NCBI GenBank assembly: GCA_963775425.1 | Contig: CAVZJB010000011.1 | Coordinates: forward strand, 288,001-352,000 | Direction: 5' to 3' | DNA from: an uncultured delta proteobacterium | GTDB taxonomy: Bacteria; Myxococcota; UBA727; VGSZ01 | Length of the DNA: 64,000 nt | In this document: positions 28,328-39,363 of the stretch, piece by piece | Layout of the letters: the number at the start of each line of letters is the position of its first letter | Position numbering within the stretch: the first letter of the stretch is position 1 | The notes under the pieces: model-generated | The model's input: only the letters and a program-made list of their open reading frames with translations | The model's database searches: none | What the model was told of the DNA's origin: nothing | Made by a program: the position numbers and the translations under genes

Positions 28328-29269
28328 ATGAACTTCATCGAATACTTCGGCATGACGCAGGAGCCGTTTTCGAACGCTCCCGTGAGCCGCTTTTATTACA
28401 ACAGCGCGCAGCACGCCGAGGCGCTCACGCGGCTCACCTACGCGGTCGACTCGATGAAGGGGCTCGCGCTGCTCGTCGGTCAGATCGGCGCGGGCAAGAC
28501 CACGCTCGCGCGCCGCATGCTCGATGCGCTCCCCGAGGATCGCTACGAGGCCGCGCTGCTCGTCATCATCCACTCGGGCATCACGGCCTCGTGGCTCCTG
28601 CGACGGGTGGCGCTGCAGCTCGGGGTGCCGGAGCCGGCGCACGAAAAGCTCGCGCTCCTCGGGCAGCTCTATCAGCGCCTCGTGCAGATATACGAGTCCG
28701 GCAAGAAGGCCGTGGTGCTCATCGACGAAGCGCAGATGCTTCAGACGCGCGAGCTCATGGAGGAGTTTCGCGGGCTGCTGAACCTCGAGGTGCCCGAGCG
28801 CAAGCTGGTCACGTTCGTGTTCTTCGGGTTGCCGGAGGTCGAGCAGAACCTGTTGCTCGATCCGCCGCTCGCGCAGCGGGTGGCGTTGCGCGTGCACCTG
28901 TCGCCGTTCGATCGGGACGCCACGGAGGCGTACATCAAGCACCGGCTGCGGCTCGCCGGCGCTTCCCGCATGCTGTTCCGCCCGGACGCCATCGACGCCA
29001 TCCACCAGAGCTCCACCGGCATCCCGCGCGTGATCAACACGCTGTGCGACAACGCGCTGTTCGAGGCGTTCTTGTCACGTGCGGGCGACGTCGACGGCGA
29101 GATGATGAAGAAGATCGGCGACAACCTCGGGGTCACGCTCCACGCGGCGAAGGTCTCGGCGTCGGCGAACGAGCCCATCCCGCTCACGCGCGTCGCCGGC
29201 GGCGGCGCGCGCCGCAGCCTCGACCTCGAAGACGTCGACGAGATGCTGAGCGCGCTGCAGAAGGCGTAG
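28328..29269 (+). CDS. ExeA/GspA-family AAA ATPase
   Basis: YFGMTQEPFS N-terminus, Walker A GQIGAGKTT, Walker B VLIDEAQ, YIKHRL, GIPRVINTLCDNAL. Confidence 0.9.
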   Translation: MNFIEYFGMTQEPFSNAPVSRFYYNSAQHAEALTRLTYAVDSMKGLALLVGQIGAGKTTLARRMLDALPEDRYEAALLVIIHSGITASWLLRRVALQLGVPEPAHEKLALLGQLYQRLVQIYESGKKAVVLIDEAQMLQTRELMEEFRGLLNLEVPERKLVTFVFFGLPEVEQNLLLDPPLAQRVALRVHLSPFDRDATEAYIKHRLRLAGASRMLFRPDAIDAIHQSSTGIPRVINTLCDNALFEAFLSRAGDVDGEMMKKIGDNLGVTLHAAKVSASANEPIPLTRVAGGGARRSLDLEDVDEMLSALQKA

Positions 29270-29346
29270 CGCGCCGCACGGCCGGCCTCCTCGTGGTGCC
29301 GGCGTTTTCGCCGTGAGCCTTCGCGCCCACTGCGCTAGACCGCCTC

Positions 29347-30504
29347 ATGGCCCGCTTGCTCCTCGACATGCAGGGGTTCTCGGCGCTCCTCACGGAGCTC
29401 GCGCGGCGCGGCTATCGGGTCGTCGGCCCCACGGTGCGTGACGCCGCCGTCGTGCTCGACGACGTAGAAGGCGTCGACAATCTCCCGCGCGGCGTCGGCG
29501 ACGAGCAGGACGGCGGCCGCTATCGCTTGAGGGCGCGCGGCGACGACGCGCTCTTCGGCTTCTCCGTCGGGCCCATGTCGCTGCGCCGGTTCATGAAGCC
29601 GCCGCGGCGCCGGGTGTTCTCCGCCGAGCGCGGCGCGCGCGGCGGGCTGCGCATCATCGAGGACGAGCCCGCCGCTCGGCGCACCGCGTTCATCGGCGTG
29701 CGCGCCTGCGACCTCGCCGCGCTCGCCGTGCAGGACGCGGTGTTCGTCGGCGCCGGCGCCCACGACCCGGCGTACGCCGCCGCGCGCAGCGACGTCTTTC
29801 TCGTCGCGGTGCAGTGCGGCCAGGCGGGCGGCACCTGCTTCTGCGCTTCGATGGGGACCGGCCCCAGGGCGACCGCGGGCTTCGACCTCGCCTTGACCGA
29901 GCTCGGCATCGAGCACGTCGAGCGGGCGGCGGGCGCGCCGGCGCGCGCGGGAGCGCACCGCTTCGTCGTCGAGGCCGGCAGCGACGCAGGGCGCGACGTC
30001 CTCGCCGCGCTCTCGCCGCCCGAGGCCGCGCCCGCCGACGTCGCCGACGCCGACGCCGTCGTCGAGGAGACCGCGCGACACATGGGGCGGCGCCTCGACA
30101 CCGCCGGCATCCAGGCGCTGTTCGCAGACAACCGCGAGCACCCGCGCTGGGACCAGGTGGCCGATCGCTGTCTGTCGTGCGCCAACTGCACGCTCGTGTG
30201 CCCCACGTGCTTCTGCTCCACCGTCGAGGACACGAGCGACGTCACCGGGGAGCACGCCGAGCGTTGGGAGCGCTGGGACTCCTGCTTCAACGCCGACTTC
30301 TCGCACCTGCACGGCGGGCCCGTGCGCGCCACCACGCGCGGCCGCTACCGACAGTGGATCAGCCACAAGCTCGGCACGTGGCACGAGCAGTTCGGCACCT
30401 CGGGGTGCGTCGGCTGCGGCCGCTGCGTCACCTGGTGCCCCGTCGGCATCGACATCACCGAAGAGACCGCCGCGCTGCGCGGCGACGGGAGTGACCATGG
30501 CTGA
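29347..30504 (+). CDS. Group 3b [NiFe]-hydrogenase (sulfhydrogenase) beta subunit, 4Fe-4S protein
   Basis: [48 protein letters not shown]. Confidence 0.9.
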   Translation: MARLLLDMQGFSALLTELARRGYRVVGPTVRDAAVVLDDVEGVDNLPRGVGDEQDGGRYRLRARGDDALFGFSVGPMSLRRFMKPPRRRVFSAERGARGGLRIIEDEPAARRTAFIGVRACDLAALAVQDAVFVGAGAHDPAYAAARSDVFLVAVQCGQAGGTCFCASMGTGPRATAGFDLALTELGIEHVERAAGAPARAGAHRFVVEAGSDAGRDVLAALSPPEAAPADVADADAVVEETARHMGRRLDTAGIQALFADNREHPRWDQVADRCLSCANCTLVCPTCFCSTVEDTSDVTGEHAERWERWDSCFNADFSHLHGGPVRATTRGRYRQWISHKLGTWHEQFGTSGCVGCGRCVTWCPVGIDITEETAALRGDGSDHG

Positions 30505-30949
30505 GGCCGCGCTCCTTGGGCATTCGTTCTTCACCGGCCTCCCGCCGGAGCACGTGCGCGGCGTCGGCGCCCTCGCGCGCGCGGTGTCGTTCGACCCCGG
30601 CGCCGTCCTCTTTCGCACGGGCGACGCCGCCGACGCGCTCTACCTCGTCACGGCCGGGCGCGTGGCGCTCGAGATCGAGGTGCCCGGCCGCGGCGCTGTC
30701 GTCGTCGAGACCATCTCTCCCGGGGAGGTCCTCGGTTGGTCGTGGGCGGTGCCGCCGCACCGCTTTCGCTTCACCGCGCGCGCCGTGGAGCGCACGGAGG
30801 CGTTGGCTGTCGACGGCGCGGCGCTGCGTGAGGCGTGCGCCGCCGACCACGACCTCGGCTACGAGATCCACCGGCGCCTCCTCGAGACCGTCGCCAAGCG
30901 CCTCGGCCACACCCGCATCCAACTCCTCGATCTCTATGCCGCCCCCTGA
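30491..30949 (+). CDS. Stand-alone cyclic nucleotide-binding domain protein
   Basis: [33 protein letters not shown]; no HTH domain. Confidence 0.85.
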   Translation: MTMAEAALLGHSFFTGLPPEHVRGVGALARAVSFDPGAVLFRTGDAADALYLVTAGRVALEIEVPGRGAVVVETISPGEVLGWSWAVPPHRFRFTARAVERTEALAVDGAALREACAADHDLGYEIHRRLLETVAKRLGHTRIQLLDLYAAP

Positions 30950-31808
30950 GCAATTCCCGCCGCCGATCGTCCCAGGCCGCTCCCTCCGGTCGCCGATCGT
31001 GCCCGACGTCTGGCGCGTCCGGAACAAGACCGTCGAGAGCGCCGACACCGTCACGCTGGCGGTCGCGCCCGCTTCGGGGGCACCGCCGCCGTTTCTGCCG
31101 GGGCAGTTCCACATGCTCTACGCCTTCGCCGTCGGCGAGGCAGCCATCTCGTTGAGCGGCGATCCCGCGTCGAAAGACGAGCGCCTGCACACCGTGCGCG
31201 CGGTGGGCGCGGTGAGCCGCGCGCTCGTCGCGTTGCAGAAGGGCGACTCTCTCGGCGTGCGGGGTCCCTACGGCGCGCCGTGGCCGCTGGCCACGGCCGA
31301 GGGGCACGACCTCGTCTTCGTCGCCGGCGGCATCGGTCTGGCGCCGCTGCGGCCGGCCATCCTGGCGGCGCTCGCCGAGCGCGCGAAGTTCGGCCGCATC
31401 GCGGTGCTGTACGGCGCGCGCACGCCCGATGAGCGCATCTTCCGCGAAGAGCTGTCGCGCTGGGAGCGGGAAGGCGCGCTCGATCTCCACGTCACGGTGG
31501 ACCGCGCCGACGCCGGCTGGCGCGGCCACGTCGGCCTCGTCACCCGGCCGCTCGCGGTGCTCGAGCTCGAGCCGGCGCGCACCAGCGCTTTTTTGTGCGG
31601 GCCCGAGATCATGATGCGGCTCGGCGCCGAGGCGCTCGCCGAGCGCGGCGTCCCCGCGGCGCAGGTCCACGTGTCCATGGAGCGGAACATGAAGTGCGCC
31701 GTGGGCCACTGCGGCCACTGCCAGCTCGGCGCCGACTTCGTCTGCAAGGACGGCCCGGTCTTTCCCTGGACGCGCATGGCGCCCGTCATGACGGTGCGGG
31801 AGCTTTGA
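30936..31808 (+). CDS. Group 3b hydrogenase gamma subunit (FAD/NAD(P)-binding, 2Fe-2S)
   Basis: [55 protein letters not shown]. Confidence 0.9.
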   Translation: MPPPEQFPPPIVPGRSLRSPIVPDVWRVRNKTVESADTVTLAVAPASGAPPPFLPGQFHMLYAFAVGEAAISLSGDPASKDERLHTVRAVGAVSRALVALQKGDSLGVRGPYGAPWPLATAEGHDLVFVAGGIGLAPLRPAILAALAERAKFGRIAVLYGARTPDERIFREELSRWEREGALDLHVTVDRADAGWRGHVGLVTRPLAVLELEPARTSAFLCGPEIMMRLGAEALAERGVPAAQVHVSMERNMKCAVGHCGHCQLGADFVCKDGPVFPWTRMAPVMTVREL

Positions 31809-32582
31809 TGGCAAAAGCGGCGCGAAAGAAGAAGCTCGCCGTCTGGAAGCTCGCGTCGTGCGACGGCTGCCAGCTCAGCCTGCTCGATTGCGAGGACGAG
31901 CTCCTGGCGGTGGCCGGCGCGGTGGAGATCGCGCAGTTCCTCGAGGTCAGCAAGGCGACCGTGAAGGGACCCTGGGACCTCACGCTCGTCGAGGGGAGCG
32001 TCACCACGGCCGCCGACGCCGCGCGCATCAGGGAGATCCGCGCGCAGTCCAAGGTGCTCGTCACCATCGGCGCGTGCGCCACCGCCGGCGGCATCCAGGC
32101 GCTGCGCAACTTCGCCGACATCAACGAGTACATGTCCGCGGTGTATGCGTCGCCCGAGTACATCTCGACGCTGGCGACGTCGACGCCGGTGTCGGCGCAC
32201 GTGAAGGTCGACTACGAGCTGCACGGCTGCCCCATCGACAAGCACCAGCTCCTCGAGGTGATCAGCGCGCACCTGTGCGGCCGCAAGCCTTCGGTGCCGA
32301 ACCACAGCGTATGCGTCGAGTGCAAGCTCGCCGGAAAGGTCTGCGTGACGGTGGCGCAGGGCACCCCGTGCCTCGGCCCGATCACGCACGCGGGCTGCGG
32401 CGCGCTCTGTCCGGGCTACGCCCGCGGCTGCTATGGCTGCTTCGGCCCCAAGGAGAACGCCAACCCGCCCGCGCTCATGACCCACGCGCGCGAGCACCTG
32501 TCGCTGCCGAAGAAGGGCGCGCTGCGCATCCTGCGCACGTTCAACGCCGCCGCCCCCGAATTCGAACGAGAGAGCCGCCGCT

Positions 32583-32608
<26 letters not shown>
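31808..32608 (+). CDS. Group 3b hydrogenase delta (small) subunit
   Basis: ATG overlaps upstream stop; [48 protein letters not shown]. Confidence 0.9.
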
Positions 32609-33889
<1,281 letters not shown>

Positions 33890-33893
<4 letters not shown>

Positions 33894-34441
33894 CCAAGCC
33901 TCCAGCGCAAGCGGCAGACGGCTCACCGGCGGCAGCGACGACGTCGCCGCGCACCATCGTCGTGTGCATCGGCAACGCCGTTCGCGGGGACGACGGCGCC
34001 GGGCCCGCGGTCTTCGAGGCGCTGCGCGGCCGCTTGCCTGCGGGCGTCGACCTGCGCGCGCTGCGGGGCGACCTGACGGAGCTCGTGGAGCTGTGCACGG
34101 CCGAGGCGCGGCTCGTCGTCGTCGACGCCGTGGTGACCGGCGTCGCGCCGGGGACGGTGCGCCGCCTCGCGCGCAAGGACATCCGCCGCGAGATGTTCCC
34201 GCGGGCGTCCACGCACGCGCTCGGCGTGGCGGAGGCGCTCGAGCTGGCGGAGGCGCTCGGGGGCGCCGTCGACGCCACGCTGTGGGGCATCGAGGCCGCG
34301 TCGTTCGCGGAGGGGACGTCGCCGTGCGCGGCGGTGTCGTCGTCGGTGGCGACGGTGGCGGAGGGGATCCTCGAGGAGCTCGGCGCCGGGCGCTCGTCCG
34401 GGACGGCGGCGCCGCGCGAAGGGAGCGGGACGGATGCATGA
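33890..34441 (+). CDS. Hydrogenase maturation endopeptidase
   Basis: GTG start overlapping upstream stop; [24 protein letters not shown] motifs. Confidence 0.9.
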
Positions 34442-34694
34442 GCTCTCGTTGCTCGCCGGGCTGTTTCGCCAGGTCGAGCGCATCGCGGACGCCGAGCGGG
34501 CCACGCGCGTGACGTGCGTGCGGCTGCGCCTGGGCGCGCTCGCGCACATCTCGCCCGAGCACCTGCGTGAGCACTTCGTCGACGCCGCGCGCGGCACGCG
34601 GCTCGAGGGCGCGCGGCTCGAGGTCACGACGGCGACGGACCCCACCGACGGGGGCGCGCTGGACATCCTCCTCGAGAGCGTCGACGTCGAGTGA
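34434..34694 (+). CDS. hypA: HypA/HybF-like nickel chaperone, short form without zinc finger (86 aa)
   Basis: MHELSL N-terminus, VRLRLGAL, LEGARLEV, ILLESVDVE; no CxxC pairs. Confidence 0.8.
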   Translation: MHELSLLAGLFRQVERIADAERATRVTCVRLRLGALAHISPEHLREHFVDAARGTRLEGARLEVTTATDPTDGGALDILLESVDVE

Positions 34695-34729
34695 GCGCCG
34701 GGGCGCCCCACGACGGGCCGCCTGCACCG

Positions 34730-35386
34730 TCAGCGGCGGCGGCGGAGGCGGCGCAGCAACAGGAGGCCGCCGACGACGGCCGCGAGGGCGGCGATGCGGG
34801 CGGCCCGCGAGGGGCGCGGCCGTGCGGGGACGCGCGGGGCCGGCGGCGGGCGATGGGAGAACAGGCCGCCGACGAGGAAGCTCTTGCGCGGGTGCCGCGC
34901 GACGTCGACGATGCGGGCGACGTTGTCGACGTGGACCGCGCTCACGCGCACGCCGCTGCCCGCGTGCAACAGCTCGGTGCGCAGCGCGTCGGTGAGCCCG
35001 TCGACGGCGCGGCGCGCCGCCAGCGCCACCTGCACGATGCTGCCCTCGTCCCGTGCCTTCATGCGCTTGAGCGCCGTGAACGTGCCGTGCACGGCCCCCA
35101 CGGTGTCCTCGACGCGGTCGATGCCCGCGTTCACCCAGATGTCGATCGCGCCGAAGTGCTCCTCCACCGCGTCCGCCGCCGCCTCCAGCGCCTCGGCGTC
35201 GGCGACGTCACAGGGGAGCACCAGCGCCTCCCCGCCCAGCCGTTCGACCTCGCGCCCGACCGCCGTCAGCGCGTCCGCACCGGCGTCGACGAGGCCGATG
35301 CGCGCACCCCCCTGTGCGAAGGCCCGCGCGGTCTGCGCGCCCACGCGCCCCGCGGCCCCGGTGATGACGACGACCTCAGCGCCCAC
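34730..35386 (-). CDS. Short-chain dehydrogenase/reductase-like protein, degenerate (possibly inactive or pseudogenising)
   Basis: VVVITGAAGRVG, CDVAD, IDIWVNAG present; catalytic YxxxK segment absent; C-terminal hydrophobic anchor. Confidence 0.65.
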   Translation of the reverse strand: MGAEVVVITGAAGRVGAQTARAFAQGGARIGLVDAGADALTAVGREVERLGGEALVLPCDVADAEALEAAADAVEEHFGAIDIWVNAGIDRVEDTVGAVHGTFTALKRMKARDEGSIVQVALAARRAVDGLTDALRTELLHAGSGVRVSAVHVDNVARIVDVARHPRKSFLVGGLFSHRPPPAPRVPARPRPSRAARIAALAAVVGGLLLLRRLRRRR

Positions 35387-35453
35387 GCCGCCAAGCCGTG
35401 CATCCGCCGTTCCCGCCCGCCCGCGGCCCCCGCGGTCGTGCAATAAAGCTCCC

Positions 35454-38075
35454 ATGGCGCCCCGCCTGGACACGCCGCTGTCGAAAGCGCTGATCGAGAG
35501 CGGCAGCCTCGATCCGTCCGCGCTCGAGGAAGCCGTGCAGGAGCAGATGATCCACGGGGGCGCCCTGGACACCATCCTCCTCGAAAAGGGCGCCGTCGAA
35601 GAGCGCGCCCTCGCCGCCCTCCTCGCCCAGGCCTGGCAGACCGACCCGGTCCCCCTCGACGACATCGAGCGCCCCGCGGCCGCCGCCGTCAAAGCCCTCC
35701 CCGAGCGCATGGCCCTCGCCATGCGCCTGTGCCCCTTCGCCGTCGAGGGCACCGCCGTCCACGTCATGTGCACCTCGCCGCTCGACCGCGGCCTCATCGA
35801 AGAGGTCAGCGCGCTGTTGAAGAAGCCGCTGGTGCCGCACGTGGTCCCCGAGGTGCGGCTGTGGCAGGGCCTGCAGCAGGCCTACGGCACCGCGCCCGAC
35901 GAGCGCTTCGCCGCGCTGCTCACGGACCTGCGCTCGCCGGCCAAGCCCGGCGACGGCTCCGAGGAGGGCGCCCCCTTCGACGACATGCGCGACGCCTCCG
36001 ACCCCGGCGCCGCCAAGTGGGACCTGGTCGAGGCGCTCGCGCACCTGGCGTCCCAGGACAGCCGCGACGGCATCGCGCGCGTGGCCACGTCGTACGCACG
36101 CAAGTTCATGCCGTTCGCCGCGATGATCGGCGTGCGCACCGTCGACGGGAGCGCGCAGTGCGTGGGCTGGCTGCGCTCGGGCCCCGCCGAGGGCGTTCAG
36201 TTCTCGAACAGGCCCTACGTCATCACCGCGGACAGCGTGCTCGACGGCGCGCTCAAGAGCCCCTCTCCGTCCCTCGGCAAGCCCGCCATCACGTCGGGCA
36301 ACGCCGCGCTGTTCGGCTGGCTCGGCCGGCGGCGCCCGCGCACGTTCCTCGTCGTCCCTATCGTCGTCGCGGCCAAGCCCGTCGGCGCGCTCGTCGCCGA
36401 CGGGGGCATCCGCTCCCGCGACATCGGCTCCCTCTCTGACCTCGTCTCCTTCGCCGCGCGCCTCGGCCCGGCGTTCGAGACGCTCCTGCGCAAGCGCCAC
36501 GCGCAGTCGCTGCCGCCCGCGCCCGCCGGCGCGCAGATGAGCGACGCGCTCACCGTGCAAAACCCCGTGCTCGCGTCGCCGCCGGCGCCGCCCCCCGAAC
36601 CGCCGGCCCCTCCGGCGCAGGCGCCGCCGGTGACGAGCGTCGTCGACGAGGCGGAGGTCACCGCGCCGCAGCCGATGCTCCGCGGCCTCGGCCCGGGCGT
36701 GGACCTCGACGAGGTGCCGGCGCCGCCGCCGATGCCCGCGCCGGCCGTGGGATCGCCGCGGCCCATCACGATGACGGCGATGCCGGCCGTGGAGCTCGTG
36801 CCCCCGTCCCGCGACGGCACCAGCCCCTTCGCGCGCGACTACGTCGTGCCGCAGCAGGCGGAGCCGCCGCCGCGTCCTCCTCCTCCGCCGGTCCCGCCGA
36901 TGGTCGTCGAGGACCTCGGCAGCATCGGCAGGCTCGACGCGCCGGCGGTGTTCGCCGACGTCGCCGAGGGCAAGGCCACGATCGCCTGGCGCGACGCCCT
37001 GTACGACGCCGTCGAGCGCGGTCACCAGGGCGGGACCGTGGCGCCCGAGGAGAAGGCGCGCCTGTTCCTCGACGACGAGGGCTGGGAGGACATCCGCTAC
37101 GAGAGCTTCGACGCCGCCGCGCCCCGCGACGCGGCCGCGCTGTCGATGCCCGTGCTCGACGACTCCATCGCCACCGTTGGCGACGGCGAGCCCATCACCG
37201 ACGAGGAGCCGCCGTCGCCGCTCGAGGAGCTCGTCGACGCCCTCGAGGGCCTCGACGAAGCCGCCGTCAAGCGCGCGCAGAAGCAGCTCCTCGAGCGCGG
37301 TGTGGAGGCGGTGCCGGCCCTCGAGGAGCGCTTCCCCGGGCGCCTGCACGTCGACCCGTTCGACCCCGGTGAAAACGTGCGCACCGCGCCGGCGCTCGGG
37401 CCGCTCGTCGAGGTGCTCTACGCCCTCGGGCCCGCGGGCCTCGACGCCGCGGTGCCTCACCTCGACTCGCGGTACCCGGCGCATCGCTTCGCCGCGGTCC
37501 TCTTGTTCGCGCTCACGCCGGACTCCCGCGGCATCGATCTGCTGCGCGCGCGGCTGCACGATCAGGAGCCGCGCATCCGCTTGCTCGCCGCCGACGCCCT
37601 GGCGCCGTTCGTCGCGCACCCGCGCTTCGAGGCGGTGCTCGTGCACCTGCGCGACCGGCTGCAGAGCCCGCTGCTCGACGCGCGCCGGCGCGCGGTCCAG
37701 CTCCTGGGCGCCTTCCGCGACGTCGGCGGGGTGCCGCTGTTGATCGCGCTCCTCGACGGGCGCGGCGCGACGGACCTCGCCGAGGACGTGCGCCAGGCCC
37801 TGCGGGCCATCACGCTGCAGGACTTCGGCACGCGCGCGCGCGGGTGGGATCGCTGGTGGCAGAAGGCCAAGAAGAAGACGCGCGTGGACTGGCTCATCGA
37901 GGGGCTCTCGTCCGAGGACCGCGAGCTGCGCACCATCGCCCACGTCGAGCTCGCCGCCATCACCGGCGACGACTTCGGCTACCGCGCCGACGAGCCGCGG
38001 CGGAACCGCCAGCGCGCCGTGGCCGTGTTTCAGACGTGGTGGAGCGAAGAGCAGAAGCGCCCGAAGGCGAGCTGA
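35454..38075 (+). CDS. FrgA-like protein: GSPII_N/MshEN-like N-domain, GAF-like region, Pro-rich linker, HEAT repeats (873 aa)
   Basis: PLSKALIESG..ALDTILLEKG, LPERMALAMRLCPF; LVVPIVVAAKPVGALVADG; HEAT-like GVPLLIALL, LRAITLQDFG..WDRWW. Confidence 0.65.
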   Translation: MAPRLDTPLSKALIESGSLDPSALEEAVQEQMIHGGALDTILLEKGAVEERALAALLAQAWQTDPVPLDDIERPAAAAVKALPERMALAMRLCPFAVEGTAVHVMCTSPLDRGLIEEVSALLKKPLVPHVVPEVRLWQGLQQAYGTAPDERFAALLTDLRSPAKPGDGSEEGAPFDDMRDASDPGAAKWDLVEALAHLASQDSRDGIARVATSYARKFMPFAAMIGVRTVDGSAQCVGWLRSGPAEGVQFSNRPYVITADSVLDGALKSPSPSLGKPAITSGNAALFGWLGRRRPRTFLVVPIVVAAKPVGALVADGGIRSRDIGSLSDLVSFAARLGPAFETLLRKRHAQSLPPAPAGAQMSDALTVQNPVLASPPAPPPEPPAPPAQAPPVTSVVDEAEVTAPQPMLRGLGPGVDLDEVPAPPPMPAPAVGSPRPITMTAMPAVELVPPSRDGTSPFARDYVVPQQAEPPPRPPPPPVPPMVVEDLGSIGRLDAPAVFADVAEGKATIAWRDALYDAVERGHQGGTVAPEEKARLFLDDEGWEDIRYESFDAAAPRDAAALSMPVLDDSIATVGDGEPITDEEPPSPLEELVDALEGLDEAAVKRAQKQLLERGVEAVPALEERFPGRLHVDPFDPGENVRTAPALGPLVEVLYALGPAGLDAAVPHLDSRYPAHRFAAVLLFALTPDSRGIDLLRARLHDQEPRIRLLAADALAPFVAHPRFEAVLVHLRDRLQSPLLDARRRAVQLLGAFRDVGGVPLLIALLDGRGATDLAEDVRQALRAITLQDFGTRARGWDRWWQKAKKKTRVDWLIEGLSSEDRELRTIAHVELAAITGDDFGYRADEPRRNRQRAVAVFQTWWSEEQKRPKAS

Positions 38076-38076
38076 A

Positions 38077-38237
38077 AGGCTGACGAAAAACAAGGCTCGT
38101 AGCAGCACCGCTCCGCCGTGTGGCCGTAGCACCGGCCCCTTCCGGGTGGCTCGGATCAACACGTTACGCGTCAGCCTCTGGCTGAGCGGACGACGTGCTC
38201 GCTGACGATGACGTCGTGCCCCGCCGCGAATGTCTAC
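38077..38237. ncRNA. Candidate structured non-coding RNA between convergent genes
   Basis: 9-bp closing stem AGGCTGACG (38077-38085) / CGTCAGCCT (38169-38177); inner hairpins GGCCG-TAGCAC-CGGCC and CCC-TTCC-GGG (GGAA tetraloop on minus strand). Family not recognised. Confidence 0.35.
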
Positions 38238-38294
38238 GCCGCGGGCCTTCGGCGCCTCTCTCGCATCGGGGCGACGGCCGCTCCGGTCGCGGCG

Positions 38295-39272
38295 TTACTC
38301 GGGTGGGCCGGGGAGGATCTCACCGACGGAGAGCACCGGGTCGCCGAACAGGCCGGACTGGTCGACGAGGACCACGTAGCGCAGCGCGCCGGTGCCGACG
38401 GGGGAGGGCAGCTCGGACTCGGTGAACGCGTCGACGTCGTAGCTGCGCACCGGATCGGAGAGCACGAAGTCGAGCGTGGAGGAGTACTCGGGGAAGAGCG
38501 CCACCGAGAGGCCCCCGAACGGATCGGGGTTCGCCGACAAGAAGATCTGCCCGCGCGGGACGCAGCAGGAGCCGGGCCCTTCGATGAGCGGATCGAAGAT
38601 GAGCCGGAGCGGGGCGCCGCCGCCGACGTCCTCGAAGATGGCGGTGGTGCCGGGGTTCATGTAGCCGCCGCCCTCGACGTGGTCGACCATGGCGGCGTGC
38701 GCCTGCACGCAGCGCGCGCACCCGCCGCAGCGGTTGTCGGTCTCGCGACCGTGGAAGCACACGAGGCTGTTTTCGTCGCTGGTGCAGGTCTGCACGCCGG
38801 TGTCGCAGCCGGAGCAGACGTCCCCGGGGTGCAGGCTCGGGCTCAGCGGCGTGCACCCGCCGCAGTCGTTGCGGATGATGTCCCCGCCCTGGCACTCGCT
38901 GGCGGTGCCGTCGGCGTTGCACACGCCGATGCCGCAACCCTCGGCGCCGCAGACCTCGCCGACCCGCCCGGCGCTCTCGTCGAGGTCACCGCACACGCCG
39001 CAGCGGTTGAAGCCCGGGTCGGCGCACGCGATGGCGTCGGTGATCTGGCTGCAGACGTTGGTGCCGCAGTCGCCGCAGGGATCGCCGAACGTGGGCGTAT
39101 CCGGGCCGCACTGCGGGCCCGCGTCGACGTCGCCTTCGCCCTCGCCTTCACCTTCGCCTTCGCCTTCGCCTTCGCTGCCGCCGTCGGCGGGGCCCGCGTC
39201 GGGGTTGTCGGGGCCGCCGCAGGTGCAGCCCGACAGGGCCAGCAGGCAGAGCGGCACGAAGAGGCGCTGCAT
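38295..39272 (-). CDS. Cys-rich lipoprotein with (EG)n linker, NxCGxC repeats and possible C-terminal DM13-like domain
   Basis: ATG 39272; lipobox LSGC; SEGEGEGEGEGEGEG; FNRCGVC, RNDCGGC, DNRCGGC. Confidence 0.75.
   Translation of the reverse strand: MQRLFVPLCLLALSGCTCGGPDNPDAGPADGGSEGEGEGEGEGEGEGDVDAGPQCGPDTPTFGDPCGDCGTNVCSQITDAIACADPGFNRCGVCGDLDESAGRVGEVCGAEGCGIGVCNADGTASECQGGDIIRNDCGGCTPLSPSLHPGDVCSGCDTGVQTCTSDENSLVCFHGRETDNRCGGCARCVQAHAAMVDHVEGGGYMNPGTTAIFEDVGGGAPLRLIFDPLIEGPGSCCVPRGQIFLSANPDPFGGLSVALFPEYSSTLDFVLSDPVRSYDVDAFTESELPSPVGTGALRYVVLVDQSGLFGDPVLSVGEILPGPPE
39132..39173 (-). repeat. Hexanucleotide coding repeat encoding (Glu-Gly)x7
   Basis: Imperfect GCCTTC repeats on the + strand. 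Confidence 0.8.
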
Positions 39273-39363
39273 GGTGGGAGATTGCCCGTGAGCAGGACGC
39301 CCCGCAAGGCGCAGCGGTCGCCGGGTTGCTGACATCCCGGGGCGCGGTTACGGTCGATCGACG

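Noticed and set aside
24463-28353. Long antisense ORF over sgmX (and similar ones over frgA-like, M16 and aglZ)
   Set aside because: GC-bias shadow ORFs without recognisable domains.
38100-38160. SRP (4.5S) RNA, suggested by the CCC-GGAA-GGG hairpin on the minus strand
   Set aside because: The conserved CAGG and AGCAG internal-loop motifs are missing.
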